A stretch of 64,000 bases of DNA from contig JAPDFW010000128.1 in assembly GCA_028826165.1 (NCBI GenBank), positions 62,001 to 126,000 of the forward strand, read 5' to 3'. The position numbers and the translations under genes were made by a program. This DNA is from Anaeramoeba ignava BMAN. Taxonomy: Eukaryota > Protista > Anaeramoebae. A model generated the notes under the pieces. It was given only the letters and a program-made list of their open reading frames with translations. It ran no database searches and was not told the origin of the DNA. This document shows positions 14,025 to 26,859 of this stretch, piece by piece. Position 1 is the first letter of the stretch; each line of letters starts with the position of its first letter.

Positions 14025-17000
14025 ATGACAACAAAAGAACTAGAAGGAATTCGAGTACAAAAATTCAACACAAATAAAGTAGCATTTATAGTTAATCCAA
14101 AAGCAGGAAATGGAAAAGCAAAAAATAAATGGGAAAAAATAGAAGAAAAAGTAAAGCAATTATTTAAGAACTATACAATAAGGAAAACAACAAAAGCAAA
14201 AGAGGCAATAAGTTTAACAAACGAGGTTATAAAAGAAGGTTATACAACAATATGTGCAGCAGGAGGGGATGGAACAGTTAATGAAGTCCTCAACGGAATA
14301 ATGAGAACAACAAAAGAGATCGCTTCTTTAATTAAAAAAACAAAAAAAAACAGAAAAAAAATCCCTAATCTTGCTTTTGCTATTTTACCTATCGGTACTG
14401 CTTCAGATAGTGTCTCTTGCTTTGGAAAAAATCCTAAAATTTCTCTTGATGAATGTTTAATTGCTATTCTTAATGGTATGTGTGGTTATGTTGATATCGG
14501 CAAATGTAAATCTCATGATGAATTTGGAAATCCAATGTTGACTTATTTTTTTAATATTGCTTCTTTTGGGGGTTTGTAATCTAAATATAAATCTAAATAT
14601 AAATCTAAATATAAATCTAAATCAAAATCTAAATAAAAATCTAAATCTAAATATAAATCTAAATATAAATATAAATATAAATCTAAATCTAATTATAAAT
14701 CTAAATATAAATTTAAATATAAATCAAAATCTAAATAAAAATCTAAATATAAATCTAAATATAAATATAAATCTAAATCTAAATCTAAATATAAATATAA
14801 AATATAAATATAAAATAAAAATCAAATATAAATAAAATATAAATAAAAATATAAATCTAAATCTAAATCTAAATCTAAATATAAATAAAAATATAAATAT
14901 AAATCTAAATCTAAATCTAAATCTAAATCTAAATCTAAATCTAAATCTAAATATAAATATAAATATAAATATAAATATAAATATAAATATAAATATAAAT
15001 ATAAATATAAATATAAATATAAATATAAATATAAATGTAAATATAAATCTAAATCTAAATCTAAATATAAATATAAATAAAAATATAAATCTAAATATAA
15101 ATATAAATATAAATATAAATATAAATATAAATATAAAAATAAATCTAAATATAAATATAAATCTAAATCAAAATCTAAATATAAATATAAATCTAAATAT
15201 AAATCTAAATATAAATCTAAATCTAAATATAAATCTAAATATAAATCTAAATCTAAATCTAAATTAGGAACTGCTCTTACTGGATATTATCTTCATAAAT
15301 TTGGAAAATTTTTTGGAGGATTATCTTATCCAATAGTAATTTTTTTTCTTGCATTTGTTTGGTCAGTTCCAGCAATATTTTATCGATTTGTAGGACCTGA
15401 TTCAGTTGATCCAAAAAGAAGATTAGATAGTGAAGAACAAGAATTTTCACTTATTGAAGAAGATAATAAATTAGATGAAAAATCAAATCAAAAATCAAAT
15501 CAAAAATCAAATCAAAAATCAAATCAAAAATTAAATCAAAGATTAAATCAAAAATCAAATCAAAAATTAAATCAAAAATCAAATCAAAAATTAGATGAAA
15601 AATTAAATCAGAAATTAAATCAGAAATCAAATCAAAAATCAAATCAAAAATCAAATCAGAAATTAAATCAAAAATCAAATCAAAAATTAAATCAAAAATC
15701 AAATCAAAAATCAAATCAAAAATCAAATCAGAAATCAAATCAGAAATCAAATCAAAGATTAAATCAAAAATCAAATCAGAAATCAAATCAAAGATTAAAT
15801 CAAAAATTAAATCAAAAATCAAATCAAAAATTAAATCAAAAATCAAATCAAAAATCAAATCAAAAATCAAATGAAAAATCAAATCAGAAATTAAATCAAA
15901 AATCAAATCAAAAATCAAATCAGAAATCAAATCAAAAATTAAATCAAAAATTAAATCAAAAATTAAATCAAAAATTAAATCAAAAATTAAATCAAAAATC
16001 AAATAAAGAAGAATTTAGTGAATTTAAAAGAGAACCAATGATGATGGTTGCAGTTGCTAATGGAAGTACTTTTGGATCATCAAAAGAAGTTGCTCCAACA
16101 GCAAATATGGTTGATGGCTTATTTGATGTTTGCTATGTTAAGGAAATGGGTGTTTTAGATGTTGCTGAAGTTATTATTTCAATGAGTTGGGGAAATCATG
16201 TTACAATGAATGATGTTTTTTCTTTCAGATGTAAAAAGATTGAAATGCTTGTTCCAAAAGATGCATTGAAATATGTCAATCCAAATTATCAAATAAAAGA
16301 TGATCCAAAAATTCAAAATCAAAATAAAAATAAAAATAAAAATCAAAATCAAAATGAAAATGAAAATGAAAATGAAAATGAAAATGAAAATGAAAATGAA
16401 AATGAAAATGAAAATGAAAATGAAAATAATCAAAATCAAAATCATTTAAAAAATCAAAATCAAAATCAGAATGAAAATCAAAATAAAAATCAAAATCAAA
16501 ATCAAAATCAAAATCAAAATAAAAATCAAAATCAAAATCAAAATGAAAATCAAAAATGAAAATCAAAATCAAAATGAAAATCAAAATGAAAATCAAAATC
16601 AAAATGAAAATAAAAATCAAAATGAAAATCAAAATCAAAATGAAAATCAAAATCAAAATCAAAATCAAAATCAAAATCAAAATGAAAAATAAAAAATGAA
16701 AATGAAAATCAAAATCAAAATGAAAATCAAAATAAAAATCAAAATCAAAATCAAAATCAAAATCAAAATCAAAATCAAAATCAAAATCAAAATCAAAATC
16801 AAAATCAAAATCAAAATAAAAATCAAAATGAAAATCAAAATCAAAATCAAAATCAAAATAAAAATCAAAATCAAAATCAAAATGAAAATAAAAATCAAAA
16901 TGAAAATAAAAATCAAAATCAAAATCAAAATCAAAATCAAAATCAAAATCAAAAAATCAAAATGAAAATGAAAATAAAAATAAAAATGAAAATCAAAATC

Positions 17001-18014
17001 AAAATGAAAATCAAAATCAAAATCAAAATCAAAATCAAAATGAAAATCAAAATCAAAATGAAAATAAAAATCAAAATGAAAATCAAAATGAAAATGAAAA
17101 TGAAAATGAAAATAAAAAAAATAATCAAAATCAAAATCAAAATCAAAATCAAAATCAAAATCAAAATCAAAATCAAAATCAAAATCAAAATCTAAATGAA
17201 AATAAAAATCAAAATGAAAATCAAAATCAAAATCAAAATCAAAATCAAAATCAAAATCAAAATCAAAATAAAAATCAAAATCAAAATGAAAATCAAAATC
17301 AAAATGAAAATGAAAATGAAAATGAAAATCAAAATGAAAATGAAAATAAAAATCAAAATCAAAATGAAAATGAAAATAAAAATCAAAATCAAAATCAAAA
17401 TCAAAATCAAAATGAAAATCAAAATAAAAATCAAAATAAAAATCAAAATCTAAATGAAAATCAAAATCAAAATGAAAATCAAAATGAAAATAAAAATGAA
17501 AATGAAAATAAAAATCAAAATCAAAATGAAAATCAAAATCAAAATGAAAATCAAAATCAAAATCAAAATCAAAATCAAAATAAAAATAAAAATCAAAATC
17601 AAAATGAAAATCAAAATCAAAATCAAAATGAAAATCAAAATAAAAATCAATTAAAAAATCAATTTAAAAAATCATTTAAAAAATCAATTAAAAAATGAAA
17701 ATGAAAATGAAAATGATATCCTTTTAGAAACTGATACTTCTTTTTCTGAAGATGATGATGATGAAGATATCGATATAGATCCAAAAATTAATTTCAAACA
17801 AAATTCTCAAATAAAAAAAAAATTTTATACTTTTGATGAAAAACAATTTGAATTAGATCTAAAATCAATTACAACAAAAAATGTTTTGATTGAAACTGAA
17901 GGAGAAATGGCAGGTTTTCTTTCTGCAAAACTCAAAGTTTGCCATCGATTTCTTAAATTTATAATTCCTCAAAAAGCATTTAGAAAATCGGATCTAAAAC
18001 AAAATCAAAAATAG
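14025..18014 (+). CDS. Diacylglycerol kinase-family (YegS/DAGKc/sphingosine kinase-like) lipid kinase; exons 14025-14571 and 15268-18014, with two large low-complexity inserts
   Basis: Motifs IVNPKAGNG, AGGDGTVNEVLNG, LPIGTASD, FFNIASFG, VANGSTFGS, DGLFDV and VLIETEGE...LKFIIP. GT-AG intron 14572-15267 (phase 1) puts exon 2 in frame with ORF 16038. Several homopolymer frameshifts lie inside the NQ/NE tract. Confidence 0.88.
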
Positions 18015-18100
18015 AAAAAAGAAAAGAAAAAAGAAAAAAATTTTTTTTCATTTCAAATTTTCATTTTTTTCTTTTTATTTTTTTTTTTTAATAAAAAAAA

Positions 18101-20185
18101 ATGAATGATAAAAATAATCAAAACAATTCAAATATTTTAAATCAAACTCAAATAGAAAATAGAAATTTAAATAGAAATTTAAATGATTTTGATTTTGATT
18201 TGATTGGAAATAATTTATCAACTCAACAATTAAAAAATAAAGTTCATTATTATTATCAATTATATTTAGAAGAATTGAATGAAAAACAAAAAACAAAAGA
18301 AGTTCTGAATCAAATCCACAAACAAATCCAAGAAAAAGAACAAGAATTTGAAGAATCAAATAAAATTTATAACCAATTAATTGATTACGTTAATTCTCAA
18401 TCTTTGGAAATTCAAAATCTAAATCAAAAACTGGAAAATTCTTTTAATGAAAATAAAAAATTAAATGATTTAATCAATCAATTAAAAAATATTCAAAACC
18501 AAAAACAATTGGAAATGGAAGAAATGGATAATGAGTATCGAAAGTATTTCGAAGAGCAAGAAAAAAAGATTCAAGAAAAAAACAACGAAATCATTGAGTA
18601 TCAAAGTATGAAGAAAGAGTTTCTCAATGAAGTTAATGAAGCTGAAAAAGTGTTTAATTTTTTGCAAAATGAAAATGAGAATTTTAATAAGAAAATTTCG
18701 GAATACCAACAAAAAGAGACTCAATATCTTTCCGAAATGCAAAAAATAGAGGAGGATTTGCAGCAACAAATTAACACAAATTCTTATCTTAAATCAGAGC
18801 TCGAAGAAACAAAAAAATCAAAAGAAGTTCTTTCTCAAAATTTAAAAAGAGTTGAAGAGCAACTTTCGCATTTAAAAAACATTGAGAAATCCAAAGAACA
18901 AGATAAAATGATCATCCAAAAGGAATACGAACAAAAAATCAACAAGCTCAACCACGATTTCAATAACTTGGAGTTGGAATTCACAAGTCTTCAATCTCGA
19001 TCAGAAATCACAAAGAATATCATCAATCAGGAATCAAACTTGAAACAAAGAATCCAGCATTACCACGAAAAATACAAGAAATCCAAAAAGGAAAACCAAA
19101 AGATAACAATGCAAAATGAAAATTTGCTGCTTCAAGTCAATCATCTTCAATCACAAATCGACCAAATCAAAAATCAACTTGTTCCAAAAAACGAGGTTCA
19201 ATCTCAAAATAAAAACTTCCATTTTTCAACACAAATACAATTACTCAAAAACCAAATCGACTCCAAAAACGATGAAATTATGAGTCTAAATCAAAACATA
19301 AACCAGAACTTATATCAAATTGAACAATTCAAAAAATCTTCCAAAGATTTGGAAAACCAAATTAAAAAAATTTTATCTGAAGATGAAAATCAGCGCCAAA
19401 TCCAGTTTCTTCAATCAAAAATTGACGAGGCATCCGATTTATTGAAAACGAAACAAGCCAAAATTGATACATTAAATCTGGAGATCCAAAAAAAATCACA
19501 ATCCGTTTCTCAACTTCAATCTCAAGTTCAAAATTTACAAATTGAAAATGAGGAAAAATCAAATTTTCTCGATAAATTGCAAACAGAAAAAGAAAAAACA
19601 GACAAGAAACTCCAGCAAACACAAGAAAAATATTCAAAAGTAAATGAAGAAAGCAAGAATATTTACAAAGCATTTGAAAAATATAAAGAACATTTCCAGG
19701 AAATTAGAGCCAAAATTGAAGAAAAAAATAACGAAAATTCAAAATTATCCGAAAACTTAAAATCATTGGAACTTGAAAACTCAAGAATTTTAAAAGAAAA
19801 AAACGATTTGTTCCAAGAAATACAATTGCTGGAAAGAAAACTTGATAATACTTTAAATTCAACTTCTTTATCCTCTTTTGAAAAATCTAAATTGATTAAT
19901 AATTATGAATCTAAAATCAAAGAAATTGAAAAACAAAATTCTTCTTTAATTCTTGAAAATCAAAATTATTATTCTCAAATACAAATTGTTTCTAATCAAA
20001 AATCTCTTCTTGAATCAAAAATTCAAGATTTAGAAAAAATTATTATTGAAAATTCTGAAAAATTTTCTCAACAAAAAAAACAATTTAAATTTCAACATGA
20101 ACAGAAATGTGAAAAATATCATCAAAAACTTGAACAAGCATGCAAATTACTTTATTTTCTTAAACAAAAAATTCAATTTAATTAA
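18101..20185 (+). CDS. Long coiled-coil protein, function unknown
   Basis: 694-aa E/K/Q/N-rich heptad ORF, with a TCATTTT array upstream. Confidence 0.7.
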   Translation: MNDKNNQNNSNILNQTQIENRNLNRNLNDFDFDLIGNNLSTQQLKNKVHYYYQLYLEELNEKQKTKEVLNQIHKQIQEKEQEFEESNKIYNQLIDYVNSQSLEIQNLNQKLENSFNENKKLNDLINQLKNIQNQKQLEMEEMDNEYRKYFEEQEKKIQEKNNEIIEYQSMKKEFLNEVNEAEKVFNFLQNENENFNKKISEYQQKETQYLSEMQKIEEDLQQQINTNSYLKSELEETKKSKEVLSQNLKRVEEQLSHLKNIEKSKEQDKMIIQKEYEQKINKLNHDFNNLELEFTSLQSRSEITKNIINQESNLKQRIQHYHEKYKKSKKENQKITMQNENLLLQVNHLQSQIDQIKNQLVPKNEVQSQNKNFHFSTQIQLLKNQIDSKNDEIMSLNQNINQNLYQIEQFKKSSKDLENQIKKILSEDENQRQIQFLQSKIDEASDLLKTKQAKIDTLNLEIQKKSQSVSQLQSQVQNLQIENEEKSNFLDKLQTEKEKTDKKLQQTQEKYSKVNEESKNIYKAFEKYKEHFQEIRAKIEEKNNENSKLSENLKSLELENSRILKEKNDLFQEIQLLERKLDNTLNSTSLSSFEKSKLINNYESKIKEIEKQNSSLILENQNYYSQIQIVSNQKSLLESKIQDLEKIIIENSEKFSQQKKQFKFQHEQKCEKYHQKLEQACKLLYFLKQKIQFN

Positions 20186-20281
20186 TTTTTAAAAATGATA
20201 AAAAAATTTTTTAATTTTTTTATTTTTAAAAAAAGAAAAGAAAAGAAAAGAAAAATAATTAATTAATTAATTTGTTTCTTC

Positions 20282-23200
20282 TTATTTTAAAAAATTTTCT
20301 TTTAAATTTTCTTTTTCATTTTCTTTTAAAAAAAGATTTAAAAGATTTCCAAATTTCTGAAAAACTTGAATCAATTCATTTCTAAGATAAATATTTCTAC
20401 TTTTAAATAAACTTAAAATTTCATTATAAGCAATCTTTGTAATTTTAATAAAAGATTCTTTTTCTAATTCAAGAATTTTTTTAAAAGAAAAAATTAGAAC
20501 TGGATCCCAAAAAATAATTTCAGAATGTTTTGCTTGAGAAATTAATATATTTTCTTGTTCTGTAAATTCATTTTCAATTTGGATTTCATTTTCAATTTGA
20601 ATTTCAATTTCATTTTGAATTTGATTTTCAATTTCATTTTGAATTTCATTTTGATTTTGATTTTGATTTAAATTTTCATTTTCATTTTGATTTAAATTTT
20701 CTTTGTAGTTTGTTATTGTTTGAAACTTCATTTTAATTAAATGTTTTTTCCATAATTTTCTTAAAATTTTAAATAATAATTCTTGAATTAATTTTGGTTC
20801 AAATTTTGGTTCAATATTCTTTCGAGGATCATATAAAACAAACAAAATACTAATTAGAACTTGAATTCCTAAAGTTTCTTGTTTAAGTAAATTAGGGATT
20901 TGTTGTTGAGTAAATTCTTGACGATAAAGTCTTATTCTTAAAACCATATTTTCATTAAATGATTTTGCTGCTTTATATGATTGATTCACAGTTTTGATAA
21001 GTTTCTTAATTTCTTCCACATCCAATTTATCCAATCCAACTGCTATTAAATCATAAGCTGCTTGAATCAAATTTAATTGAGCAACACATTTGGTTTTTAA
21101 AAAGTTGAATTTTTGCTTGATTTTATTTTGCTTTTTTTCTGATCGATGAGTTCTTCTTCGATGAGGTTTGATTCTTTTATGTCTAACTCCATCTTTGTTC
21201 TCATCACTTTCTGCTTCTTGATCTTTTGGGAAATCATATTGAGAGAAAATATTTTCAAAAATAGATGTTATTGTTTGTCTTGAAAGTAGTTGTGTTATTG
21301 ATAAATTTTCGTTGTTTTCAATAAGATTTTTTTCTTGTTCTTCTTTTTCTTTCAAAATGAATTCATTTTTTTGAGATTCCAAAACATTTTCTATGATTGA
21401 AGAAACAGTATTTTTTGAAAAATCTCTGATAATTTGCTTTTCACTTTTTGGATTTTCTTTGACATTTTGATTTGGTTCTTGGATTTCAAACTCAGATTGA
21501 TGAGGAGTTGTTAAATTCAAAAGCTCGGTAACAAATTTACAAATCCAATTCATGATTCCTGTTGTAAATGTATTACTTTTTTGTTTGATTAGATTGATTA
21601 AAGATGAAACACTTGCTGTAACTAAAGCTTCAGCATGTTGGAAAATTATATTTTTGATCAATTCAAAATATTCTGTTAATAAAAATGAAATATCATCAAA
21701 TGAATTAATAAAAAGTTCTCCAACTCCTTCAATCAATTTAACACATGTAGTTTCGATCCATTCTTTTCTTCGTCTTTTTGCTGATTTTCTTTCTTCGTCT
21801 TGATATTCAAACATTGGGAAAATTATTGATTGGAAAATTTCTTTCCAAATTTCTGAAGTGAAAAGATTTGCATTTTGTTTGAAGATATTGAAAAGAATTT
21901 GTTGTGATTTGTTTCTAACATGAACATTTGTATGTATTGATGTGATTGTTTTAAGGAGATTGCTAAATAAAGGTAACCAAAATTGTTGTGAAAAATCATT
22001 ATCAAATTTTTGCAAAACTGGAACATTTTCGTTTTGAAAATCATCTTGTGTTTGAAATATTTTGATATTTTCATTCTTTGAATTTTCTTTGATGAATTGA
22101 TTTGCAAATGATTCAAAAAGATCAATGGAAGATAAACCAATTTCCATATTTTTTGTGTTTTGGGAAAAAAGTGATAAAGTTGAAACAAAATCAGAAAAAC
22201 ATTTCTCAACAAAAATAAGTGGTAAATAATCCTTTGCAATAAATGAAAGTGTTTGGAATGCAGAAGATAAAACAGAGTCTTGATCTTTAGAAGCTGATTG
22301 AAGAACCATAAAAACAGATTTCCAACCACTTCTAATATTTTTGGAACTTGCACGAATAATTTTATCAATACTTTCAACTGCATAATTTCTCAAATCCATT
22401 ATTTTTTGATTCAGAACGATATAATGAAATGGTAATAAAACTTCTTGTTGAAAATGATAGTTTGTTAATTCATCCTTCTCCAAAAATTTTGTTGATAATT
22501 GTCTTAAACTATTTATTGCAAACATTGAAACTTTTAAATTTTCATGACAACCAAATTCATTTAAATGTCTTGAAATATATTTCCATATTTTTTTCCATGT
22601 TATTCTAATTCTATGAAGATTATAATATCCAACATCCATTAATCTTTTCAATGAAAACATCCAAGGTTCTGTTGAGGATGTGATTTCAATTTTGCTTAAT
22701 TTGCATAAACTTTTCACAAAATAAATAATTGCTTCATCATTTAATTTTGCTGTATTTGTAAATATTCTATCAATACTAATTGGATTGATTTTTGATACTA
22801 AATTTCTTGAGTTGATTTCTTCAAGTTGTTTTGAATCAATTGGTTTGATTTGTGGTTTTTTTTGTGGTGTTTTAGATTTAGGTATTCTAGAATTACAAAA
22901 AATAATATATTATTAATTTATTATTAATTTATTATTAATTTATTTTATTTATATATTTACTGTTCAGAAGTAGTTCCAATCATTAAATTTGTACTTTTTC
23001 TTAATTCTTCTGAAAGATTTGAACTTGAACCGATAGCTTGAAATTGTTCAAGTTGAGAAAGACATTTTAAAATTTCAAACCAACTATCTTGCAAATAATT
23101 ACCATCTATTAAAAATATTAAAAATATTAAAATATAAATTAAAATTAAAATTAAAATTAAAATTAAAAAATTAAAATTAAAATTAAAATTAAAATTTAAT

Positions 23201-26200
23201 TTAAATGAATTTCTACCTAAAATTGCAATTCTAATTAATACTTTAATTGATTCAATGTTTTTAGGTTTAATTTCAGCTGTGCTTCTTAATAAAGTAAAGC
23301 TTGTTAATGATTTAACAAAAATACTTCTTTCTAAATCCATATAAAATAATCCTGCAATTTTAATAGCATATCTAAAACCAGCAAGACATTCTTTAGCAAT
23401 TTTTATATCATCAGTTTCTTCAAGTATTGATGAAAAAGAAGCTAAAATATCTCTCCATGCAATTTCAAACATTGGTCTTGCATGAGCAACATGAGTTGCT
23501 GTATAAAATAAAGGATCATTAAATAATGTTTGTTGATTAAATAGTTCTTGAGATTTTTGGATCATTTTTTCACTTTCTTGAAGAAATAATTCAACTTTTT
23601 GTTTTGGAGTTAAAAATTCTAAATAATTTATAAAAAAGAAAATATTAAATTTTTTGAAATTTGAAATTAGAAATTTTTTCTAAATTTTTCTACCATCTCT
23701 TTGAGAAAGATGAAATTCTTTTTCATCACCATCCATTTTCATTTCAATAGAAATAACATCATCATAAATTTTAGAAAGAAATTCAGGAGGAAGATCATTT
23801 CCAGAATCAATTCCTCTATTATTAGAAATAAATTCTTCTTTTGTCATTTTATTCTTAATTCTAGAACTATGTGCATCAGTATGAAGCATAATAACAGCAT
23901 AAGCCATTACATAAGCAGTATCTGCACTTGAAAAAATATGTGGATTATTTTGACAAAATTTCTCTGAAAATTTTTCCATTATTCTGTCTATTTTTTGTGA
24001 TTCTCCTGGAAGTCGAAATCCTAATAAAAAGTTTCTTAACGCTGAATAAAAATCCATTCCTGTAAAATCTAATGTATCAACCCAATTATGTAAAACCTGT
24101 AAGCAAAAAGGATTTGGATTTCCTAAATATTCTCCTATTTGTAATTTGCTTAAACCTTCTGTGTTTCTCATAAAATTTGTAATTGCTTCAACTGTATTTT
24201 CTAATTGATTATTTTCAATTAAAAATGCAATTCCCTTTTTTTGATTTGATTTGATTTTAAATAAATATTTTAATTTAATTAATTTAATTTAATTAAATTT
24301 ACTCGTCGAGAAGAACGATTAAACAATTCAATTCCTTGTTCAAATATTTTTTTATCTTCAAATTGTTTTTCAAGAGTTTCAGGTAATTTCACATTTAATT
24401 GTGATTTTTCTTTTTTTCCAATAAAACTTTTTAAATGATAAGAAGATAATCTAAGTTGAGAAGAAACCTTATTTTTAGCAATATGAACTTCATCATCATC
24501 ATCAATATTAACATTATCATCAGTAATTTTCTGATTTTCAAATTGAAATTGGTCTTCTTTGTCCTCATTTTGTGATTCACTTTGATGAGGTATTTGTATT
24601 TCAGAAAATTCATCTTCTGTAGTTGAAAAATCAGAAGGATGTTTTGGATCATTTAATTTTCCTTTTGATTTCATTTCATTTTCATTTAAACCCAAATCTT
24701 CACTCCAAAGCATTGTTGATTTTGTAATTGTAAATAAAATTCTCAAACAAAATTTTCGGAGTGATGCATGTTGTTCATTTGTCATCCAATTTTCCATTTC
24801 TTGTCTATATATTTCACGAGACATTTTGGATAATATTTGAACTAATCGTTCAAAAATACTTGATGATATTGTTTTTGTTCCACAATCATAATTTACAAAG
24901 ATATCAACGATATTTTGTGGATCTTTGCATATATTTAAAAAGGTTTTTAGTAAATATCCCTTTTGTTGATATGTACTATTTTTACTTTCAAGAATTTGAA
25001 GGAAATTATTCAAAAAAACTCCAATTTCATTCTTTTTTTTTTAAAAAGAAATATTAATATTTAAATTAAAATTAAAATTAAAATTAAAATATTTTTTACT
25101 TTCAAATAATATCTAAAAATATTGAATAAGGAATTGAAAAGAGAATAAACAATTTTAAGAACAGGAATTGTTGAAGAAACTCCATTTTTTAAAACAGAAA
25201 CACATAATTCTTGTTTAACTTTCAAAATGAAATCTTGAGATGAATGAAATTCAATACTACTATTCAATACCATTTGATTTAAAAGCTCCAAACTTAAAAT
25301 TTTTCCACGAAGACTTTCTGAATTTGATTTTAAAGATTCTTTACAAAAATAAGAAAGAATTAAACCTCCATCTTGAATATCGTTTTGTGATATTTCTCTT
25401 GAATTATCTTGAATTAATTTATCTTTTTTTAAGTTATTTTTTTGATGTTTTTTAGTTTTGAGTTTAATATTTTTATCTTCATCAATAACTTGAGGTTTTG
25501 TTATTTGATTTTGATTTTGATTTTGATTTTGATTTAAATTTTTTTCATTTTCATTTTCATTTTGATTTTCATTATTTTTTAAATTTTGATTTTCTTTCTT
25601 TTTTTGATTTTGATTTTGATTTTGATTTATTTTTGTCATGCTTGGATCAAATTTTAAAACAGCATTTACTAATTGAACTAAAAGACCTTTTGCTGTTAAT
25701 TGATTATTTTGATTTTTGCTTTGTGTATAAACTGCAAAAAATGTTTTTGTAATTTTTAATAAACTTTCTCCACGAATTTCAACTTTTTTATTTATAACAA
25801 TTTCAAATAAAGTCTAAAAGAGAAAAATTTTAATAATTTTTAATAAATTTTTAATAAATTTTAATAATTTATTACTTGAATTGCTTTTAATTTTGTAATT
25901 TCATCTGATAAATTTGAACAATGAATAATATCATCAATTGCAATATCAACAATTCGTTGAGAATTATTATCAGGAAAATAAAAATCTTGAGTAAAATAAT
26001 TATAACTTGCCATTTTCTAAATAAAATGAAAGAAAAAATTTTTTTAAATTGATTTTTAAATTCAAATTCAAATTCAAATTGATTTTTAAATTCAAATTGA
26101 TTTTCAAATTGATTTTTAAATTAAAATTTTACATGAAGTGCATTAAGTGAAGCAGTAATAAATTTTGAGTTTTTGAAATTAATTGCTAAATGAAATGGTT

Positions 26201-26686
26201 CAAAAAAGAAATTATTTTTATAATTTTTAATTTATTTCTGAAAATTTAAATAGAATTTATTTTAAAATTAAATTTTAAATTTTAAATTTTGGTTTTAAAT
26301 TGATTTTTTTACTTGGTTTTTTGAGCAAAATCTAATTTTAAAAGAAAAAATTTTAATTTTAATTTTAATTTTAAATTTTAATTTTAATTTTAATTTTTAC
26401 TTGGTTTTTTGAGCAAAATCTAATTTTAAAAGAAAAAATTTTAATTTTAATTTTAATTTTAATTTTAATTTTAATTTTAATTTTAATTTTAATTTTAATT
26501 TTAATTTTAATTTTAATTTTAATTTTAATTTTTATTTTTATTCTCATTTTTAATTGAAAAATCAAAACAAAAAAAAAATTTTTTACCTAAAGCCTCTTTA
26601 CAAGAATTTCTTAAAGGTTTAAATTTATTTGAATTTCCAGATTTTCCTTGAATTTCATTTAAAGCAATTTTAATAAAAGGAAGCAT
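20282..26686 (-). CDS. BIG/Sec7-family large ARF guanine-nucleotide exchange factor; exons 26686-26587, 19-nt micro-exon (26419-26401 or 26331-26313), 26237-26133, 26016-25876, 25813-25100, 25031-24303, 24234-23694, 23618-23217, 23105-22961, 22886-20282
   Basis: DCB (EPFHLA...SLNALHKMASY), HUS box (IFVNYDC), Sec7 domain (FRLPGESQKIDRIMEKF, AYAVIMLHTDAH) and HDS motifs (HARPMFEIAW, IDRIFTNT, SLRQLSTKFLEKDEL, NIRSGWKSVF). All junctions are GT-AG. One homopolymer indel is needed at the start of exon 26237. Confidence 0.95.
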
Positions 26687-26859
26687 TTAAATTTAATTTA
26701 AAAAAAAAAATAAAGTAAAAAAATGAAAAATGAAAAAATAAAAATGAAAAAAAAAATATTTTTTGAAATTTTTTTAAATAAAAATACGTTTTTTCAATTT
26801 AAATTTTAAATCTAAAAATCTAAAAATTAAGAATTGAAATTTTTAATTTGCAAAAATTT

